A stretch of 64,000 bases of DNA from a virus: UHGV virus genome UHGV-0178594; one strand, written 5' to 3'. The position numbers were made by a program, and so were the translations under genes. Shown here one piece after another: positions 48,839-58,094 of the stretch (its first letter is position 1; each line of letters opens with the position of its first letter). Below the pieces are notes generated by a model. That model did not search any database, had not been told where the DNA came from, and worked only from the letters and a program-made list of their open reading frames with translations.

Positions 48839-48848
48839 AGCATAAATT

Positions 48849-49361
48849 ATGACCAGTATTACCAGAGAACAGGCCAAGAAAATTATTGAAGCTGCCGATG
48901 AGGTTATTAGTGCGCTTGCCGGAACTAACGAGGATGTTCACCCTGGTAGCGATAACATGCTACGTCTGTGGGATGACCTGAATGACCGTTACGCGCCGCC
49001 GGAAGTTGTGCGTGAGCTGGCGCGTATCGTGCTGGCATCGCTGGAAGCGGAGCCTGTAGCGTGGCGATATCGCTACGTGAAAAAAGGCGTTACGGACTCT
49101 CAGGGGGAGCCGTGGGTTGGTGACTGGAAATATGTACCGACAAAAGAGGATTGCAACGACAGGCCGAGCTATGAGATTCAGGCCTTATTCACTGCCCCGC
49201 CAGTCCCGGTGACATCAGAAGGACTGGTTAAAGCCGTGCGTTTCTATGAACAAGTTAAGCGTGAAAATCCGCCAGTCGAAACCGGAGCATGGAAAGACGC
49301 GATTGACTGGGTGCTCAAAGAGGCCTGCCAGGTTGTAAACACTGGCATCAAAGGAGACTGA
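48849..49361 (+). CDS. Hypothetical protein (shares ASLEAEPVA / APPVPVT segments with 49569)
   Basis: 170-aa ORF. Confidence 0.35.
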   Translation: MTSITREQAKKIIEAADEVISALAGTNEDVHPGSDNMLRLWDDLNDRYAPPEVVRELARIVLASLEAEPVAWRYRYVKKGVTDSQGEPWVGDWKYVPTKEDCNDRPSYEIQALFTAPPVPVTSEGLVKAVRFYEQVKRENPPVETGAWKDAIDWVLKEACQVVNTGIKGD

Positions 49362-49362
49362 T

Positions 49363-49572
49363 ATGGCTATTGCCGCAAGTTACACCATGCATCTCTATTG
49401 TGATTGCCTCCAGTGTACAGATGGCAAATATAAGTCGCCAGACTTCGGTGAGTATATCGGTACGTCATGGGCTGGCTGTGCAAAAGAGGCGCGCAAAGAT
49501 GGCTGGCGAATAAGCAAAGACAAAACGCGTGCTTTTGCGCCCGGGCATAAAGTTTTGAGGATTAACAAATGA
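49363..49572 (+). CDS. Small Cys-rich protein
   Basis: 69 aa; ..YCDCLQCTDGKYKSPDFG.. Confidence 0.3.
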   Translation: MAIAASYTMHLYCDCLQCTDGKYKSPDFGEYIGTSWAGCAKEARKDGWRISKDKTRAFAPGHKVLRINK

Positions 49573-50633
49573 CCACTTTAACCGACAAAGAACTGATTAA
49601 AGAAATCAAAGAGCGAATCGGCAGCCTGGACGTGCGAGACAATATTGAGCGCCGTGCTTATGAAATTGCTCTGGCATCGCTGGAGGCAGAGCCAGTGGCA
49701 AAAATTATAGCTCACTACCCATTAGGAATTGACGTAGGCAAACAAAAGTTCGTACAGGCCATTGGAGAGCTTCCTGACTTTGGAGGATATCTATTCGCCG
49801 CTCCACCTGTGCCGGTAACACAGGCTAATGTCGCGCAAGCAATTGAAAATCTTAAGCAGAAGTTAGTGGAATGCAATCGCTATAACTACTGCGCAGATGC
49901 AGTTAAAGATGTTGAGGATGCCAGCCGCGTCTTGGCACTCCAAAATCAAAATATGTCAGCACCGATAACGCAGGAGGCCATTGAAAACGCAATTGAATAT
50001 ATCCGCAGTATTGCTTTTCACATCGATGAAGACGATTACCACGGCAAGCATATTGCGTATTTCATGCGACAAGCACTGGTCTGGCTGGAAGGGCATTCAT
50101 GCAGCGACGACAGACAGGATAAAGCCGAGAATCAACCAGTACGCGGTAACCAGGCTGCCGAATCCAATCGCGGTAATGAGTGGACCGGCAATCCTGATAT
50201 TGATAACGCCATCATCATGCTTGACCGCATAGATACGGCGGAAAGTTACGATGATGACCGTATTGAGGCTGTTAAGGCTGTTTTGCGTAGACTGGCAGGC
50301 AACTCTCCGGTAATTCCGGATGGTTTATCCACGGTATGCGCTGAGGCTTATCAGGTTGTAGGAGTTATGGCAGATGCGCTTGGTGTATTCGGTGATGCAG
50401 CAGTACAGAAAGTTCTGGATAACCTGTCACAGCAAAAACTTGTTCACAGAGATGTGCTGCCGTTCTCGCTTCCGGTAACTCCGGATGGTTGGGTTATGGT
50501 TCCTAAACAGGTAACGCCGGAAATCAGCAACGCGATAAACGTTGTGGGTCAACGCTGTACATGCGGAAATTGCTCTCAGCGGTTGTGGGATTTATTACTC
50601 GACGCCACACAGCAAGGAGTTAACCGTGGCTAA
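49569..50633 (+). CDS. Hypothetical protein
   Basis: 354-aa ORF. Confidence 0.35.
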   Translation: MTTLTDKELIKEIKERIGSLDVRDNIERRAYEIALASLEAEPVAKIIAHYPLGIDVGKQKFVQAIGELPDFGGYLFAAPPVPVTQANVAQAIENLKQKLVECNRYNYCADAVKDVEDASRVLALQNQNMSAPITQEAIENAIEYIRSIAFHIDEDDYHGKHIAYFMRQALVWLEGHSCSDDRQDKAENQPVRGNQAAESNRGNEWTGNPDIDNAIIMLDRIDTAESYDDDRIEAVKAVLRRLAGNSPVIPDGLSTVCAEAYQVVGVMADALGVFGDAAVQKVLDNLSQQKLVHRDVLPFSLPVTPDGWVMVPKQVTPEISNAINVVGQRCTCGNCSQRLWDLLLDATQQGVNRG

Positions 50634-50809
50634 CCTGCAACTTATCCTCAAAGGTGAAAAGATTTGAGGATTCGCATCATTAATAACACCGACAAGCATC
50701 CGGATGATTATTTGGATTGCTCGTTAGCAGAGCGCGTGGAATTGATATAAGAGAATCTCCGCGCATCGGCAACACACAGCTAAATATGTTCGCAATAAAG
50801 GGTAAATCA

Positions 50810-51211
50810 ATGGCTAAATTTCGGAGAACTATTATTTTTCTGGCAATGTTATCTGCCTGCCATTTATCACATGCATCGGTTATTGTTGCAACCGCCGCAA
50901 CAACGGCAGCAATTAGCGCCTCAGCCGCAAGCGAGCAGGAGCAACGCACTGCAATCAATGCATCCGCAAATACTACCACTGTAGCAGTCACGCAAGATAA
51001 GCCAAATATAGGCTTTGTTACTTGCGGAAAACGGTATGGAGAGACGGTCGGTTCTCTTGGTTGCGCAGTGTGGCATGACGAACGAGCAGAAATTCCGTGG
51101 AAATCATGGCCTGGTTACATTCTTGGCGAAAAGATACCCACCAGCTATGAAGTAAATGCTATTTCGTTCGACCAATATAACAGAGTCGCAACGGTCTACT
51201 TTTCTTATTAA
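50810..51211 (+). CDS. Lipoprotein candidate
   Basis: From ATG 50810: MAKFRRTIIFLAMLSAC.. (lipobox-like LSAC). Confidence 0.35.
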   Translation: MAKFRRTIIFLAMLSACHLSHASVIVATAATTAAISASAASEQEQRTAINASANTTTVAVTQDKPNIGFVTCGKRYGETVGSLGCAVWHDERAEIPWKSWPGYILGEKIPTSYEVNAISFDQYNRVATVYFSY

Positions 51212-51217
51212 CACGGA

Positions 51218-51517
51218 GTGATTATGTGGCGCGGTAATAATCATGGCAGAAGCCATATGATACTTACCGAATATAAGCTAGACCACAAAACCAATAAATC
51301 ACGCTCAGTATATTTGCTCCGGCACAATAGCCGCGTAAGGAATACCGTGCTGGAGCAATATCTGACCGTTGAAATGGATAATTTCGGGAATTTCAAGCCA
51401 ACAATATCGCTTGATGATTTCCCTCGTGGTTTAAGCGAAAGAGAAGCAATGCTGAAATTAGCAGAATGGCTACAAAGATTGAGCATTGTTATTGAAGATA
51501 ACTGGAGTCAACCATAA
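51218..51517 (+). CDS. Hypothetical protein
   Basis: 99-aa ORF. Confidence 0.3.
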   Translation: MIMWRGNNHGRSHMILTEYKLDHKTNKSRSVYLLRHNSRVRNTVLEQYLTVEMDNFGNFKPTISLDDFPRGLSEREAMLKLAEWLQRLSIVIEDNWSQP

Positions 51518-51693
51518 TGAAAAACAGAAAGAAATTTTGGATTACTTTTTTGTTTGTATGCCTTTGCGGTTCATTTGTTTTGTTGGCTGGTGGTGTTGAA
51601 TGGGGAACGATGGGATGTGGAGTTGGGAGTGGCTTTACGCTTCTTGCAGCCTGGGTTATCGCTGGCGTTCAGTCTGGAGGAGGGTATTACTAA
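51517..51693 (+). CDS. Small membrane protein (58 aa)
   Basis: TAATG overlap with the previous gene; MKNRKKFWITFLFVCLCGSFVLLAGG.. hand-translated. Confidence 0.25.
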   Translation: MKNRKKFWITFLFVCLCGSFVLLAGGVEWGTMGCGVGSGFTLLAAWVIAGVQSGGGYY

Positions 51694-51713
51694 GTAATTT
51701 TATTACCCCCTTC

Positions 51714-51765
51714 ATAACGGATATCACTCTCGTGATAACGGATATTCCAATTTTGATAACGGATA
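51714..51765. promoter_or_regulatory. Three direct repeats ATAACGGATA spaced 21 bp upstream of the 51773 gene
   Basis: Copies at 51714, 51735, 51756. Confidence 0.45.
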
Positions 51766-51772
51766 AAGCCAA

Positions 51773-51982
51773 ATGAGGCATTTTTTAAGGCTGGCATTTG
51801 TTCTGGCGCTATTTGCTCCTCCGGCTGCGATGGCTGGAGAACAGCAGCACTGTGTAACTGAATCAGAGAATCTTGTAATAGTCACTCAATGCGATGACGG
51901 AACGGTGACCGTGGTTAATGTACGAGATAACCGTGTAGCCGTGTGTCGTAAAGGCGAATCATGCAAGGAGATAAAGCTATGA
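51773..51982 (+). CDS. Small secreted Cys-containing protein
   Basis: Signal-peptide-like MRHFLRLAFVLALFAPPAAMA. Confidence 0.3.
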   Translation: MRHFLRLAFVLALFAPPAAMAGEQQHCVTESENLVIVTQCDDGTVTVVNVRDNRVAVCRKGESCKEIKL

Positions 51983-52743
51983 CCAAAATCACTAAAGAGC
52001 GTATATCAGAGATTATTTCCCGTATCGAAATGTATGGTCACGGTGCTGGATATACGGCAGATGAAGTATTGGCGCTTGCCAAAATAGCGTTAGCGCCTTG
52101 CAAGGATGGTAACGGAATGACACTGATTGACTTTTTAGTGAAGGAATTATCTAAGGGAGCTGGATGGCCTGATGGAAAAGATTTTTGCTATCTACCCATT
52201 CCGCTGGCAGGTTGTAGTTGGGCTACGGTTCGTTTTGATACGCGCCATAAAAATTACCAATCATCAAAGAATTATTCCTTTGATGGCATTATTTGCGATA
52301 TCAGTGACCTTGATCGCAGTGCGTTTACATCGGTTGTCACTCGTGAACAATATGAAGCAGCTCGCATAGCGTCTCAGAAAGTCGAGTTCAATGGTGATGA
52401 ACTTGAAAGTAAGGCTTACAAGTTAGATTTTGAGCAATGGCTGGAACAGCAACGCGGGAAAATCGATGTGGACTGCGGTTGTGTGTCTGCGGAAACATTC
52501 ATGCACTGGTTGCGGGTAGCTTATGAGGCTGGCAACCATCCGGATTTTCCGGATAGTTCCCAACAATCGCCCAAGAAAAGCGTAAAAACCTCTCTGGAAA
52601 GAGGCTATCTTGAGGCCGCATTAAAGATTAAGCCGGGCCATACGCTAGGCGTCATTGATGCCATGTTGGTTCATGAAATGGCTAAGGCTTTATTGCCACT
52701 GGTAGCAGATCAACATGAGGCGAGTCATGCCAACGAAAGCTGA
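51961..52743 (+). CDS. Hypothetical protein
   Basis: 260-aa ORF. Confidence 0.3.
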   Translation: MQGDKAMTKITKERISEIISRIEMYGHGAGYTADEVLALAKIALAPCKDGNGMTLIDFLVKELSKGAGWPDGKDFCYLPIPLAGCSWATVRFDTRHKNYQSSKNYSFDGIICDISDLDRSAFTSVVTREQYEAARIASQKVEFNGDELESKAYKLDFEQWLEQQRGKIDVDCGCVSAETFMHWLRVAYEAGNHPDFPDSSQQSPKKSVKTSLERGYLEAALKIKPGHTLGVIDAMLVHEMAKALLPLVADQHEASHANES

Positions 52744-53011
52744 ACTACAGACGCGTGTAGAGGAACTTGAAAAAGAGAACACTGGCCTCAAAAAAATGCT
52801 GGCACGGGCAGAAAGGGAGTTATCTGGCAAACTTCTGCCAGAAGAACTGCCACCAGCAGATATACCAAAGCGAGTGTCTCGGTGGATGAAGTCTTTTTGT
52901 TTGCCGTGGGAGGCGTTTTGGTGCTACGACCATCGCAGATGGTGTGATGAACTTGATAGCAGTTTTCCCTACTTTGCGGAAGGTAACACCTGCCCTCAAT
53001 GCAGGGGATAG
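52715..53011 (+). CDS. Hypothetical protein with coiled coil and Cys-rich C-terminus
   Basis: 98-aa ORF. Confidence 0.3.
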   Translation: MRRVMPTKAELQTRVEELEKENTGLKKMLARAERELSGKLLPEELPPADIPKRVSRWMKSFCLPWEAFWCYDHRRWCDELDSSFPYFAEGNTCPQCRG

Positions 53012-53346
53012 CATTTAACGAAATCGATCACCCTATCCTGAACTTCGGAAAGAAGGTATTTTTCACGAGCCAGGACGTCAGGATATTGACGTTCTGGCCT
53101 TACCAGATGCCGGAGCTTCCCATTAAGCAGAATGGCCTCAGAAAACACTTTTACGCTGTGCTTTATCCCCTCTGTTTCACTTTTCAGCGTCAAAATAAAG
53201 CGCAATTGCTTGTTAGCCTGATTCAGATTCAATACCCGAATTTGCAGTTCGTCTATGCTATTTCGCAATGGGATTGATGCCACCACACTGGTGCAGTCTC
53301 TGATTGTCTGAATTGAACGGCTAACATTGAGAACGTTATTGTGCAT
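52996..53346 (-). CDS. Paralog of the lxr-position protein, encoded on the opposite strand
   Basis: 116 aa; shares ..RS.QTIR..T.VV.S.P.. pattern and length with 53654-54004. Confidence 0.3.
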   Translation of the reverse strand: MHNNVLNVSRSIQTIRDCTSVVASIPLRNSIDELQIRVLNLNQANKQLRFILTLKSETEGIKHSVKVFSEAILLNGKLRHLVRPERQYPDVLAREKYLLSEVQDRVIDFVKCYPLH

Positions 53347-53378
53347 GTGCCTGATCCACTAACTCCGGGAGGTTTCTT

Positions 53379-53651
53379 GTGTCAGATCGAAATATAGCAG
53401 CTAAAAGCAAGGAAGAGCGAGACAAGGTGAACGTAGACCTTGCCGCCAGCGGCGTTGCTTACAAAGAACGGCTGAATATACCTGTGATTGCAGAGCAGGT
53501 GGCCCGTGAGCAACCGGAAAACCTGCGCGCCTATTTCATGGAACGGCTACGGCACTACCGGCTGTTAAGCCTCCAGTTGCCAAAAGGGAGCGATCCGGTG
53601 TATCAGAACGAGGATGCGAAAAAAAATAACGGCAAGATGGGGGAGACTTAA
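53379..53651 (+). CDS. hot: DNA polymerase III theta-subunit homologue
   Basis: ..[43 protein letters not shown].. closely matches remembered E. coli HolE. Confidence 0.8.
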   Translation: MSDRNIAAKSKEERDKVNVDLAASGVAYKERLNIPVIAEQVAREQPENLRAYFMERLRHYRLLSLQLPKGSDPVYQNEDAKKNNGKMGET

Positions 53652-53653
53652 AC

Positions 53654-54004
53654 ATGCTTAACTATCACGACAACACGCGTTCTATGCAGACAATCCGCAC
53701 CAATACAGCGGTGGTCGATAGCTTTCCTGTACATACTCAAGGCCGTGAAGATACCGTGGAAGTGCGACGCATGTTGTGTCGCCGGTCACCGGGCCACCAG
53801 CACTTCATCGTAACGTTTAAAAGCGATGTAGAGCGCGCCGAGAAAATCTCTAACTCCACATCTCTGGTTAAGCCGTTAGCGGAGGTTATTGTGCGCAACA
53901 ATAAGGCGCGCTTTGTCCTTGAGGAGCATCATTCTGATTTTAATGAAAAAATCGAGTCAAGCATTTTGCAATATATGAATGGCACGTTCACGCCACCAAT
54001 GTGA
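53654..54004 (+). CDS. Hypothetical protein at the position of P1 lxr (between hot and humD)
   Basis: 116-aa ORF; assignment by position only. Confidence 0.35.
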   Translation: MLNYHDNTRSMQTIRTNTAVVDSFPVHTQGREDTVEVRRMLCRRSPGHQHFIVTFKSDVERAEKISNSTSLVKPLAEVIVRNNKARFVLEEHHSDFNEKIESSILQYMNGTFTPPM

Positions 54005-54067
54005 TTAGCCCCCAGCGTGGCGCGCGTACAAACCCCGCTTTCACAAACTATGCCTTTTCAATGTATA

Positions 54068-54083
54068 CTGTATGAATAAACAG
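54068..54083. promoter_or_regulatory. LexA box CTGTATGAATAAACAG upstream of humD
   Basis: Exact CTGT-N8-ACAG SOS-box architecture 21 bp upstream of the humD ATG. Confidence 0.6.
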
Positions 54084-54103
54084 TATTATTGAGGTAAAAC
54101 GCT

Positions 54104-54493
54104 ATGGGCTTCCCTTCTCCTGCGGCGGATTATGCAGAGAGCCGTATTTCTCTTGATCAGCAACTAATCAGACATCCTTCTGCGACCTACTTCATGCGGG
54201 CGGCAGACAGCCATCACCGTGAGGGAATATTGCAAGGTGCTTTGCTGGTGGTTGATTCCTCACTTACTCCGGTTGATGGTTCACTGCTTATATGCGCTAT
54301 GGAGGGTGAATATCGCATAAAGAGATACAGGAAGTATCCGCGCCAGCACCTGGAGGATTTAAGCACCGGGAAGAAAGAGGCGTTACCAGTGGATGACGAT
54401 GGATACACGGGCAGTAATGCTGTTTTTGGTGTGATCACTCATGTCATCAATGATGCCCGAAGTGGGGAATTTGATGATTGTCCGGTTATTTAA
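54104..54493 (+). CDS. humD: UmuD'-like protein
   Basis: MGFPSPAADY..LIRHPSATYF.. and ..VFGVITHV.. collinear with the C-terminal part of UmuD, lacking the cleavable N-terminus. Confidence 0.85.
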   Translation: MGFPSPAADYAESRISLDQQLIRHPSATYFMRAADSHHREGILQGALLVVDSSLTPVDGSLLICAMEGEYRIKRYRKYPRQHLEDLSTGKKEALPVDDDGYTGSNAVFGVITHVINDARSGEFDDCPVI

Positions 54494-54565
54494 GCTGCAA
54501 AGTGCTGGTGCTTTATGCCTGTGAAGTTTATAATTGTGTACACATAACGAGTACACGAGGTGTTT

Positions 54566-54787
54566 ATGCAATCCATTAACTTCCGTACCGCGCGCGGCAA
54601 CCTTTCTGAAGTGCTCAACAATGTTGAAGCCGGGGAAGAGGTTGAAATCACCCGCAGAGGCCGTGAGCCAGCAGTAATTGTCAGCAAGGCTACTTTCGAA
54701 GCCTACAAAAAAGCGGCGCTGGATGCTGAATTTGCATCCCTGTTTGACACCCTGGACTCCACCAACAAGGAACTGGTTAACCGATAA
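54566..54787 (+). CDS. phd: Phd antitoxin
   Basis: [39 protein letters not shown].. matches remembered P1 Phd; TAATG overlap with doc. Confidence 0.9.
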   Translation: MQSINFRTARGNLSEVLNNVEAGEEVEITRRGREPAVIVSKATFEAYKKAALDAEFASLFDTLDSTNKELVNR

Positions 54788-55167
54788 TGAGGCATATATC
54801 ACCGGAAGAACTTATTGCGCTTCATGATGCGAATATAAACCGCTACGGCGGCCTGCCGGGAATGTCAGATCCGGGTAGGGCAGAGGCCATTATCGGGAGA
54901 GTTCAGGCAAGAGTTGCCTACGAAGAGATCACCGACCTTTTCGAAGTCTCCGCAACCTACCTGGTGGCTACAGCGAGAGGGCATATATTCAATGATGCCA
55001 ATAAGCGTACCGCGCTAAACAGTGCGCTGCTATTTCTACGCCGTAACGGTATACAGGTATATGATTCTCCCGTGCTGGTGGAACTTGCGGTGGGGGCTGC
55101 AACTGGTGAAATCCCCGTATCTTCAGTAGCGGAAAAACTACGTGAACTATATGGTTCCAATATTTGA
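54787..55167 (+). CDS. doc: Doc toxin (Fic-fold kinase)
   Basis: [38 protein letters not shown].. matches remembered P1 Doc. Confidence 0.9.
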   Translation: MRHISPEELIALHDANINRYGGLPGMSDPGRAEAIIGRVQARVAYEEITDLFEVSATYLVATARGHIFNDANKRTALNSALLFLRRNGIQVYDSPVLVELAVGAATGEIPVSSVAEKLRELYGSNI

Positions 55168-55247
55168 AAAGAAGCCCGCTCAACCAAGCGGGCTTCCTAC
55201 TATCACTCAATGATTTTTTCTGCTGTCAGCCAGCTAATTTCTTGCTT

Positions 55248-56045
55248 TTAGGCGTCAGCATCAGCATCCTCTGCTTCCACATCTGCCGCGACTTCATCGG
55301 ACTGTTCTTCTTTGGCCTGTTCTGCAATCGCCGCACGGCATTTCGCCCTGGCTGTAGCGATGGCCTCAACTTTCACGTCATTAGGAATACTTGAGGTGAC
55401 ATACATATCCAGTTCTTCAGCACGGAATACTGTTTTGTCCAGGAATTCATCAAGCATCCAGGTTAAGGAAAAGTCGCAGGAAATCAGCTCTACTTCGCCT
55501 TCCGCGCCGTTTGGGAAATGGATAAACATCTGCTTGCCCAAGCCAAGCACGCGACAAGCAGCCATCATTACTGCAAGTTCCAGGTCTTTGTTTTCACCTG
55601 CTACTGGTTGATCCACACCAGTAATAGTGCCGTTCAAATGGATATTATATGGCTGATATTTAGAGATGCGTTCTACACGCCATGTGCCGGTTAAGGTTCC
55701 CTGGCGGAAGATTATTGGCGTGACCGAAAGCGACAGCTCTCGAATGAGTTGTTGTGCTATGGCTGGGTCATACAGGGGATCTAACGCGATGCATCCATAA
55801 GACTGCGCCAGTTCAAACAATTCTTCCTGTGTGCACTGAATGTCTCTTGCCGTAATAAAACGTCTGACTCCCGTTTTTCCGTCACGCCAGATAGCAATGC
55901 CATTCTCACTATCTAACTCTTCGTCTAAACCCAGGTATGTAAGGATGGTTCGCTCAATGGTGGCAAAGGGCAGGGACATATCATCGTTTACATCCACCAG
56001 CAGGCCGTTACGCAGGCGATATTGAATGTTTTTGGTATTTTCCAC
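55248..56045 (-). CDS. Hypothetical protein with poly-acidic C-terminal tail
   Basis: 265 aa ending ..EEQSDEVAADVEAEDADADA. Confidence 0.3.
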   Translation of the reverse strand: MENTKNIQYRLRNGLLVDVNDDMSLPFATIERTILTYLGLDEELDSENGIAIWRDGKTGVRRFITARDIQCTQEELFELAQSYGCIALDPLYDPAIAQQLIRELSLSVTPIIFRQGTLTGTWRVERISKYQPYNIHLNGTITGVDQPVAGENKDLELAVMMAACRVLGLGKQMFIHFPNGAEGEVELISCDFSLTWMLDEFLDKTVFRAEELDMYVTSSIPNDVKVEAIATARAKCRAAIAEQAKEEQSDEVAADVEAEDADADA

Positions 56046-56051
56046 GTTAAA

Positions 56052-56702
56052 TCACTCCACAACAAACCAGTCACAGGCCAGTAAATCATCCACAGACGGC
56101 AACCAAACGCTGTCCATATTTTGTGCATCTTTCAATACAAAATGGTCACCATAAGGAACGTGAATGCCGTGTAAATTGACGCTTCCAGCGAGAACTAACC
56201 AGCAGAATTGCTTTTCGCCTTTCCACTCGCGTCGGGCAACTTTCTTGCCTTCCTTCAACCACATTAGCGCATCAGAGAAGTCGGCTGCTTCAAGGTCGAT
56301 TTCTTCTTGCTGGGTGGTGATGCCACCAGCAGAAATAGTTACGCTCCCAGTAAGATTAATCATTACGCCGTTGTCATCCGTAATGATGACCGTGGTTCCA
56401 TTTTTGGAGGCGTCGTTAACCAGGCCATAGCATTCCTCAAATGGTTTCTCCGGGGCATAGAACAGATAACCGTTTTCATAAACGATCAGATACCCGCCAG
56501 TTTTTGGTCGGTGTTTTTGTAAAAACATTGCGTCAACACAAACTGTTGCCCCTTTTGGTTCAACGAGTTCGATGCAGCCCCAAAGTGGGGCATCAGTTAC
56601 TCCGAAAATAACAACATTTTTGATTTTCGATGCACTAACGTTTTTGTGAGCTTTGTATTTGGGAAGGAACTTAAAAAGCTCTTTCGTTGGCATGTTATTC
56701 AT
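56052..56702 (-). CDS. Protein with C-terminal DUF2829-like domain
   Basis: ..FSDALMWLKEGKKVARREWKG..WLP..DLLACDWFV.. resembles the DUF2829 phage domain (from memory). Confidence 0.4.
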   Translation of the reverse strand: MNNMPTKELFKFLPKYKAHKNVSASKIKNVVIFGVTDAPLWGCIELVEPKGATVCVDAMFLQKHRPKTGGYLIVYENGYLFYAPEKPFEECYGLVNDASKNGTTVIITDDNGVMINLTGSVTISAGGITTQQEEIDLEAADFSDALMWLKEGKKVARREWKGEKQFCWLVLAGSVNLHGIHVPYGDHFVLKDAQNMDSVWLPSVDDLLACDWFVVE

Positions 56703-56716
56703 AGCCTTTCCTCTAC

Positions 56717-57211
56717 TTAAAACTTTGCGTACTGAAGCGGTGTACGCTTGATTTCAATGCGGTCTTCCGATGTGCTACCAAAGCCACCAGCACCTCGCTC
56801 TGTTTCATCGAGTTCATCAACTTCTACCAGCGATACCGGTTCAACACGCTCAAAAATGCCTTGCATGACCGCCATTCCTGGCTTGAGGCAAACGCCTTCA
56901 CCACCGGGATCTGTAATCAGTTTTGCTTTGATTTCACCGCGATAATCGGAGTCGATAATTCCTACGCAGTTAGCCAGGCGCGTATGCTTTTTGCAGCCCA
57001 ATCCGGAACGAGGATAAAGTTTCAGACACCAGCCAGGAGGGATCGCCATAGCGAGGCCGGTATGCACCCACCAGCTTGAGGAAATAGCGCCGTTGCTATT
57101 GATACCTGGCGTTATTTCAACAGCAATAAAATCCATCGCCGCCGATCCGGCGGTGGCGTAAACGGGGAGTCTTGCCGCCGGATGAAGGCGTTTCACTTTC
57201 ACGTTAATCAT
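56717..57211 (-). CDS. dut: dUTP pyrophosphatase
   Basis: dUTPase motifs ..ATAGSAAMDF.., ..PRSGLG.., ..GIIDSDYRGE.., ..GGFGSTS.. Confidence 0.85.
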   Translation of the reverse strand: MINVKVKRLHPAARLPVYATAGSAAMDFIAVEITPGINSNGAISSSWWVHTGLAMAIPPGWCLKLYPRSGLGCKKHTRLANCVGIIDSDYRGEIKAKLITDPGGEGVCLKPGMAVMQGIFERVEPVSLVEVDELDETERGAGGFGSTSEDRIEIKRTPLQYAKF

Positions 57212-57696
57212 TGCTTTTTAGCTCTCCGGGTAAATGTATAAATCCGGCGTTTGATATGCGGAGCGGTCGGAACGGAGACGCAGGTATTCTCGATAACACC
57301 TTGTTCCTCCAGCGATCGCACAGCACGCAAGAACTGTGATGCATCACCACCGCCAGACAGCCAGAATTTGCGGGCATAGACGCTGCCATTACGGATAATT
57401 TCTGCGATCACCCGCGCTTGCGTCTGGCTTTCTCGATAGCCAAAGAGTTCTCTTGCCTCTCCTTGTGGGATAGCCAACTGATAGCCTTTCCCGCTACGGT
57501 GACGGACAAAACCGTGAGCAATGAGGTTCTTCAGCTCATTTCGGGTGCGGATACACCCGTACTCAGGGAACTGTGTGTTGATATCACCAGGCTTATGCCA
57601 TTCATCAGGACTATCAGCCAGGAGGGACAGAAGTTTCCCTGACAGCTCAGGATTAGTGGTTGGATAGCAGTTCAGGGATGGGTAGTAAGTTTTCAT
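57208..57696 (-). CDS. Hypothetical protein
   Basis: 162-aa ORF with 4-bp overlaps on both sides. Confidence 0.3.
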   Translation of the reverse strand: MKTYYPSLNCYPTTNPELSGKLLSLLADSPDEWHKPGDINTQFPEYGCIRTRNELKNLIAHGFVRHRSGKGYQLAIPQGEARELFGYRESQTQARVIAEIIRNGSVYARKFWLSGGGDASQFLRAVRSLEEQGVIENTCVSVPTAPHIKRRIYTFTRRAKKQ

Positions 57697-58037
57697 TTGC
57701 GCCCCCTTGCCGGATAGCGCCCGGCATTTGCATCAGGAGCAATGAAGCCGCTGGTGGGGCGAGTGAAAACATGGTTAATTTTCTCGGTCATAGCGCGATA
57801 ATTTTCCTGATAGTGGGCCAGGAGTTTTTCAGCAGCAATGACGGTTACTTTCCGGACGTAGCGTTCAGCTTCCTCCAGATTTCGCCAGTTTTTTTCGAGG
57901 GTAAACACGGGAACGGCATCAAGTCCGGTCATAACACCGAACACCACGACCGCCTGGTCGCGCTTAACGCCCGCAGTGAAGGTTATGGTGTAACCGTCAA
58001 CAGTGAAGCGTTTTGATTCCGTAATACGATTGTGCAA
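57693..58037 (-). CDS. Hypothetical protein downstream of the recombinase gene (cra-like position)
   Basis: 114-aa ORF. Confidence 0.3.
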   Translation of the reverse strand: MHNRITESKRFTVDGYTITFTAGVKRDQAVVVFGVMTGLDAVPVFTLEKNWRNLEEAERYVRKVTVIAAEKLLAHYQENYRAMTEKINHVFTRPTSGFIAPDANAGRYPARGRK

Positions 58038-58094
58038 AGTACCCTCCGCAATAGGCGAGGGTACTTTACATTAAAATGCACTGTCTAAAAAGAT

